Assembly: GCA_964492025.1 (NCBI GenBank)
Contig: CAZBHR010000002.1
Location: forward strand, 106,568 to 170,567
Length of the DNA stretch: 64,000 bases
Origin: an uncultured Spirochaetia bacterium
GTDB taxonomy: Bacteria; Spirochaetota; Spirochaetia; CAZBHR01
Direction: 5' to 3'
The notes beneath the pieces were generated by a model. That model ran no database searches and had not been told where the DNA came from. It saw nothing but the letters and a program-made list of their open reading frames with translations. The stretch's first letter is position 1. Every line of letters starts with the position of its first letter. This document shows positions 58,938 to 64,000 of this stretch, piece after piece. A program made the position numbers and the translations under genes.

Positions 58938-59007
58938 TTTTTATCTTAAGTGGTTTATGATAATCTTATTCCTCCTAGTAGACTTTGTAGAGGAGAGGGA
59001 GTTTTGA

Positions 59008-60750
59008 GTGTTTCAGAGGTCTGCATTTTTTAATAAGTTGCTTCTCTTTTTTATTTTGATAGGGGTGATCCCCTTAGGGGTTCTTACTTTTCTCGGTTAT
59101 GCTCTTTCCACTCAGATTCTTGAGAAATCTTTGTATCAGGAGACAAGTAGTAATCTACGTAAGCTCACTAGCGATATTGATGGTCTCTTTTTTGAGTATT
59201 CAAATCTTATTCAATTGTTATCAGAAGATCCTACACTTAAACAAGTTTTATCAGATGAGATCTCTCTTCAAGAGGCACACAATAGCATATACGAAAAAAT
59301 ATATTTTCTAACATTAAGTAAAACATATGTTTTTCCTCTCTATATTTTAGATGAAGAGGGTTCTGATCTTTTTGGTACGGCTCCCATGGCAAGTAAGCAT
59401 GTTGAGGATTTCTCAGCCAGCTGGGGAATCTTTAAGCAATTAAAAGGAGGAAACGGAGATATATTTATTATCTCTGAGAGCTTTGTAGATACCCAAGGGA
59501 ATAGTATTATTTTTACCATGGGTAAGAGAATTACAGATGGCTCTGGTGAAACACTTGGATATATTTTGGTAAATATAACAAGGGAAGCTGTCATCTCAAT
59601 TATAAACTCTTTTAGTTTAAGTGTAATTGATAATATTATTATTTCGGATCAGTTTTATTATATAGTGCTTAATATTAAAAACTCTAAAGCTGAAGGTTCT
59701 TTTTACCGAGGAGATTTTATCCATAAAGTTGAGACCTCTGATCATGATGAATTTTATTATAAGTATGGAAAGAATTTACTAGCTTACCATAGAAGCCGTA
59801 ATGCGCCTTTTCAAGTTTTTGCTACAATTCCTCTCGAGTCTATTGATAATAACTTAGGGTATATTAAGAAGCTCATTATACTAAGTCTCATTATTAGTGG
59901 GCTTCTCGCAATTTCTGTTTCTTTTTTTATGGCGAGAAATATAGTAAAGCCGATTAAAGTTTTAGTGAGAGGGATGAAAAGAGTAGAGGAGGGTGACTAT
60001 TCACCTACTATGAATCTCCAGCGTAATGATGAAATTGGTCTATTGGAAGATAGCTATAATAATATGGTAATAAAACTCCAGGAGTCTATCGATACCTTAG
60101 TGGCTAAACAGAGGCAGCTTAGGGAGGCCGAGATTAAAATTCTTCAAGCGCAGATAAACCCTCATTTTCTATATAATACGTTAGATGCGGTCAAATGGAT
60201 GGCAAAACTGAAAAAATTTGATGAGATCACCACAATTGTAACTCAGCTTGGAACACTTCTAAGAAATAGTATTGATAATAATAGGGAATTTCTTACGGTT
60301 AGAGAAAATCTAGAGATTGTAAACAGTTATATAAGAATCCAAAGCATCCGGTCAAATGAGCAGTTTTCTGTAGTGTATAAGATAGATGAAGGGGTGTATG
60401 AATACCAAACCCCTAAGCTTATGCTACAGCCACTGGTAGAGAATGCAATTATTCACGGTCTGATGCACGGAGATATTGGTGGAGTGTTGGTTATTGAAGC
60501 ATGGGTAGATTCAAATAATCTTATATTCGTTGTTCAAGATAATGGAGTAGGAATGAGTAGTGATCAGCTACATCAAGTACTGAATCAATCTGGGAGTGAT
60601 CACATAGGTTTATGTAATGTTGATCATAGGATTAAACTCTACTATGGTGTGGAGTATGGGCTTTCTGTTGAAAGTAAAATAGGAGAGGGGACAAGGGTAA
60701 CTATAAAAATTCCAAAAATTCGTCCATCAATATTGGGAGGTGATTCATGA
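59008..60750 (+). CDS. Sensor histidine kinase (YesM-type)
   Basis: 580 aa: two TM helices flanking an extracytoplasmic domain, HAMP, then His-kinase (QINPHFLYNTLDAV) and ATPase domains. Confidence 0.75.
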   Translation: MFQRSAFFNKLLLFFILIGVIPLGVLTFLGYALSTQILEKSLYQETSSNLRKLTSDIDGLFFEYSNLIQLLSEDPTLKQVLSDEISLQEAHNSIYEKIYFLTLSKTYVFPLYILDEEGSDLFGTAPMASKHVEDFSASWGIFKQLKGGNGDIFIISESFVDTQGNSIIFTMGKRITDGSGETLGYILVNITREAVISIINSFSLSVIDNIIISDQFYYIVLNIKNSKAEGSFYRGDFIHKVETSDHDEFYYKYGKNLLAYHRSRNAPFQVFATIPLESIDNNLGYIKKLIILSLIISGLLAISVSFFMARNIVKPIKVLVRGMKRVEEGDYSPTMNLQRNDEIGLLEDSYNNMVIKLQESIDTLVAKQRQLREAEIKILQAQINPHFLYNTLDAVKWMAKLKKFDEITTIVTQLGTLLRNSIDNNREFLTVRENLEIVNSYIRIQSIRSNEQFSVVYKIDEGVYEYQTPKLMLQPLVENAIIHGLMHGDIGGVLVIEAWVDSNNLIFVVQDNGVGMSSDQLHQVLNQSGSDHIGLCNVDHRIKLYYGVEYGLSVESKIGEGTRVTIKIPKIRPSILGGDS

Positions 60751-61577
60751 TCAAAGTACTTATTGTAGAAGATGAATTATATACTCGAAAAGGGCTTATT
60801 GAAACTACCCCATGGGAAGAGTGTTCCTGTACTGTGGTTGGTGAGGCTCGGGATGGAGCTGAGGGGCTTAGAATGATAGAAGAGTTATCACCAGATTTAG
60901 TAATAACTGATGTGAGAATGCCCCGAATGTCTGGAATAGAGATGATCAAATTCTATAATAGTACACTAAAAGGGAGTATGGGTAATAGAGATATTGCCTT
61001 TATTATTCTGTCTGGGCATGAAGATTTTCATTATGCACAAAAAGCAATATCCCTTGGAGTCAAAGAGTATCTTCTGAAACCCATTGACGATAATATTCTT
61101 ATTCAGTCTTTACAGAAAATGAGTACCACACTCTGCCAAACGAAGACTTCTATAGGATATCAGGGAACGTCTTTGTCTCTCCCCGTAAACCTCAAGGCTG
61201 ATTTGTATCGGGAAATTTCTACTCATGAGTATCATCCTGAGTCTATTACTGGTAAGAGTTTATATCTAAAAAAAGCAATAGCCTATATAGAGAGAAATTA
61301 TATTGAAGGTATCTCCATAAAAGATGTTGCACAGTTACTTGCTATTACAGAGAGTTACTTGAGTCGGATTTTTAAGAGTGAAACTAACCACACTTTTTTG
61401 GAATATCTTTCCTGGTATCGTATTAAAAAAGCTTGTGAGCTTATGAAAGAGGAGGATATTCGCATTTATCAGATTGCAGAGCTTGTAGGATTTGAGGACT
61501 CTTGTTATTTTAGTTCGGTATTCAAAAAATACCTAGGAAAAACCCCAACAGAAGTTCGAAATATTATACTTAGCTAA
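60747..61577 (+). CDS. Response regulator with receiver and AraC-type HTH domains (YesN-like)
   Basis: 276 aa, begins MIKVLIVEDELYTRKG; C-terminal AraC helix-turn-helix. 4-nt overlap with the kinase gene. Confidence 0.75.
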   Translation: MIKVLIVEDELYTRKGLIETTPWEECSCTVVGEARDGAEGLRMIEELSPDLVITDVRMPRMSGIEMIKFYNSTLKGSMGNRDIAFIILSGHEDFHYAQKAISLGVKEYLLKPIDDNILIQSLQKMSTTLCQTKTSIGYQGTSLSLPVNLKADLYREISTHEYHPESITGKSLYLKKAIAYIERNYIEGISIKDVAQLLAITESYLSRIFKSETNHTFLEYLSWYRIKKACELMKEEDIRIYQIAELVGFEDSCYFSSVFKKYLGKTPTEVRNIILS

Positions 61578-61731
61578 TATTGATTTTCCCTTAGAAACTC
61601 ACATTAGCTTTATAGGAATAATGCCTCCTTGCCACCTCTTCGTGTAAAAAAGTACAATAATGTGTTGATACACAGGATTTTTTCATTGACCCAGTTTTAT
61701 ATTGTATTATACTAAAGGCAAGGAGTGTCCC

Positions 61732-63897
61732 GTGTTATATATCATAATTATTGCTATAGTACTTGCATTAATGTTCTCCCTCTACAACTACAAGAGGGTA
61801 GAAAAGTTAGATGGTGGCTCAGAGACTATGCAGGAGATCTCTTCTGCTATACGAATTGGAGCCAGTACCTTTATTAAAAATGAGTATAAGTTAGTTGCGA
61901 TAATCAGTGCCATTATCACAGTTATTCTCATTCTCGTTACCAGTGTATCCACTGCAATAGCATTTTTGCTTGGTGCTACAATGAGTGGAACCGCAGGGTA
62001 TGTTGGCATGAAAATAGCTACCATTACTAACTCTCGTGTAGCCCAGGAGGCAAATACGAGTAGGAGTCTTGGTTCTACCCTTAAGGTTGCCTTTCGTGGA
62101 GGAAGTGTTATGGGGCTTTCGGTTGCCGCTTTTGCACTCCTTGGAATGCTTATTGTCTATGTGGTGTTTGGTAAGATGTTAGGTCAGCTTGATATTGATA
62201 ATATTAATTTTCATACAAACTTTTTAGGAATAGCGGATATACCCTTTACCATGACCGTTTCTGGTTACGCTTTAGGTTGTTCTGTTATTGCAATGTTTAA
62301 CAGAGTTGGCGGTGGTATTTATACAAAGGCCGCAGATATGGGAGCAGATTTAGTTGGTAAAACTGAAGCTGGTATTCCCGAAGATGACCCCCGAAACCCT
62401 GCAACTATTGCGGATAATGTGGGTGATAACGTTGGTGATGTTGCTGGTCTTGGATCAGACCTCCTAGAGAGTTTTGTAGGATCTATGGTATCTGCAATCA
62501 TCTTAGCCAGTTATATATTTTATCATAATACTCGTATGGGTGTAGCTATATCCTATGAGTTATTGCAGAGTTTAATCATTTTTCCTATTCTGTTTGCGAG
62601 TATTGGACTTATTGGGTCTATTGTGGGAATTGGATACCTACTCTTTAAAAAGGTGTCAGATAATCCCCATAAGGAGTTGAATAGATCTATTCAGGCCGCT
62701 GCTTTTTTAACATTAGTAAGCACTGGATTCCTTAGTTATTACACCTTTGCGGGGCAAGATGTGACACCCCTAGGATTTAAGCTTGGGCCATTATCTCCAT
62801 GGATAGCTTCTATTACTGGTATTATAAGTGGTATTGTGATTGGGCACCTTGCGGAACGATACACAAGCTACGACTTTAAGCCTACCAAGAAAATATCTGC
62901 CGCTTCCCAAGAGGGTACTGCCTTAACTATTACCCAAGGGTTGGCTACTGGAATGACCTCGGTATTCTTTCCTGTAGTGGTATTAGCACTGGCTACAATT
63001 GTATCATTCTCCGTATCTGGGTTGTATGGGGTAAGTATGGCAGCCCTTGGAATGTTATCATTTGTTGCGGCCACCGTTTCTGTTGATACCTATGGTCCAA
63101 TTGCGGATAACGCTGGTGGTATTGCAGAGATGTCTAAGTTAGATGGAGAGGTGCGGGAAATTACGGATAAATTAGACTCCGTTGGAAACACCACTGCAGC
63201 GGTTGGTAAGGGGTTTGCCATTGGAAGTGCGGCCTTTGCTGCGTTGTCACTCTTCTCTTCATACCTCTATGCTAAGGCAGGAGCATCTATTGATGAGTCC
63301 TTTGAGCTTGTACTAAATATGATCGATAGCTTTACCCTTGCTGGTGGACTTGTTGGTGCGGCTCTTCCATTTCTCTTTTCAGGGATTCTTATTGAGGCTG
63401 TTGCAAAGGCTGCAAGAAGCATGGTTGATGAAGTACGACGACAGTTTAAAGAGATGCCAGGAATATTAACAGGGGAGGAGAAACCAGACTATACTCGCTG
63501 TATTGAAATATCAACAAAGGGGTCTCTTCGGGAGATGGTACTTCCTGCACTGGTAGCTGTGTTAGTTCCTATTGTTTCAGGACTTCTCTTTGGACCACAG
63601 TTTGTAGGTGGGCTTTTGATTGGAACAACCCTATCTGCTATTATGTTAGCCCTTTTTACCGCCAACTCCGGTGGTGCTTGGGATAATGCGAAAAAGTATA
63701 TAGAACAAGGACACTTTGGGGGGAAAGGTTCAGATTCCCATATTGCGGGTGTTGTAGGAGATACCGTAGGAGACCCTCTTAAAGATACGGTTGGTCCATC
63801 ATTAGATATTCTTATTAAGATTATGGCAGTAATAGCTGTTATTACCGTTTCGATTTTTAGTGAATTTAACCTATTATCTCTATTGGGATTAAACTAG
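61732..63897 (+). CDS. hppA: Membrane-bound pyrophosphatase, K+-dependent type (H+ or Na+ pumping)
   Basis: Conserved motifs (GGGIYTKAADMGADLVGK, DNVGDNVGD, DTVGDPLKD). The GNTTAAVGKG motif carries Ala rather than Lys, the K+-dependent signature. Start set to GTG 61732, 7 nt after AAGGAG; the ORF-track start is TTG 61702. Confidence 0.85.
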   Translation: MLYIIIIAIVLALMFSLYNYKRVEKLDGGSETMQEISSAIRIGASTFIKNEYKLVAIISAIITVILILVTSVSTAIAFLLGATMSGTAGYVGMKIATITNSRVAQEANTSRSLGSTLKVAFRGGSVMGLSVAAFALLGMLIVYVVFGKMLGQLDIDNINFHTNFLGIADIPFTMTVSGYALGCSVIAMFNRVGGGIYTKAADMGADLVGKTEAGIPEDDPRNPATIADNVGDNVGDVAGLGSDLLESFVGSMVSAIILASYIFYHNTRMGVAISYELLQSLIIFPILFASIGLIGSIVGIGYLLFKKVSDNPHKELNRSIQAAAFLTLVSTGFLSYYTFAGQDVTPLGFKLGPLSPWIASITGIISGIVIGHLAERYTSYDFKPTKKISAASQEGTALTITQGLATGMTSVFFPVVVLALATIVSFSVSGLYGVSMAALGMLSFVAATVSVDTYGPIADNAGGIAEMSKLDGEVREITDKLDSVGNTTAAVGKGFAIGSAAFAALSLFSSYLYAKAGASIDESFELVLNMIDSFTLAGGLVGAALPFLFSGILIEAVAKAARSMVDEVRRQFKEMPGILTGEEKPDYTRCIEISTKGSLREMVLPALVAVLVPIVSGLLFGPQFVGGLLIGTTLSAIMLALFTANSGGAWDNAKKYIEQGHFGGKGSDSHIAGVVGDTVGDPLKDTVGPSLDILIKIMAVIAVITVSIFSEFNLLSLLGLN

Positions 63898-63915
63898 GTA
63901 AAAGGGAGGCTTTGT

Positions 63916-64000
63916 ATGTATTTTTATGTGATGATTCATCCAGGAGAGGCTCTTATTGCTTCACAGTTAGATCCAGTACAGTTTGGTGCTTATATGGCTC
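63916..64000 (+). CDS. Hypothetical protein, 5' fragment (continues beyond window)
   Basis: AAAGGGAGG ribosome-binding site at 63901-63909, ATG at 63916, open to the window end (MYFYVMIHPGEALIASQLDPVQFGAYMA...). Too short to assign. Confidence 0.3.
   Translation, partial: MYFYVMIHPGEALIASQLDPVQFGAYMA

Noticed and set aside
1-64000. CRISPR arrays, rRNA and tRNA genes, prophage or transposon genes.
   Set aside because: Intergenic regions are mostly under 300 nt. None shows regularly spaced direct repeats, tRNA-like T-arm or anticodon-arm structure, or rRNA-like conservation. No integrase, transposase, capsid or terminase ORFs were recognised.

Overview
High-density chromosomal window with about 53 protein-coding genes and no rRNA, tRNA, CRISPR array, transposase or integrase recognisable by eye. 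All calls rest on reading the six-frame translations and the nucleotide sequence; no database search was run, so family names are from memory of conserved motifs. Content is dominated by solute uptake and carbohydrate use: a BMP-family nucleoside ABC transporter with a purine nucleoside phosphorylase (5826-11367, minus strand), a melibiose/raffinose-type ABC operon ending in a GH4 alpha-galactosidase with a LacI regulator (16429-21866), an MglBAC-type galactose/glucose transporter (27685-31428), an LplABC-type transporter with a 978-aa unassigned protein (48129-54859), and an iron(III)-type ABC transporter with a histidine kinase and AraC-type response regulator (55123-61577). Housekeeping genes include adhE, metH, metF, cmoA, cmoB, birA with bioY/ecfA/ecfT, an M24B aminopeptidase and a K+-type membrane pyrophosphatase. 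The most unusual features are (1) a Phd/YefM-ParE/RelE toxin-antitoxin cassette between birA and bioY that is bracketed by an exact 39-bp direct repeat duplicating the 3' end of birA, (2) an MglB-paralog binding protein in an operon with a histidine kinase and AraC-type regulator beside mglBAC, (3) four tandem paralogous small permease genes behind a single ABC ATPase, (4) two tandem paralogous lipoproteins of unknown function with their own promoter, and (5) a 28-bp perfect palindrome on the promoter of the alpha-galactoside operon. The lipobox-rich binding proteins and BMP/MglB lipoproteins suggest a spirochaete-like organism, but that is inference only.
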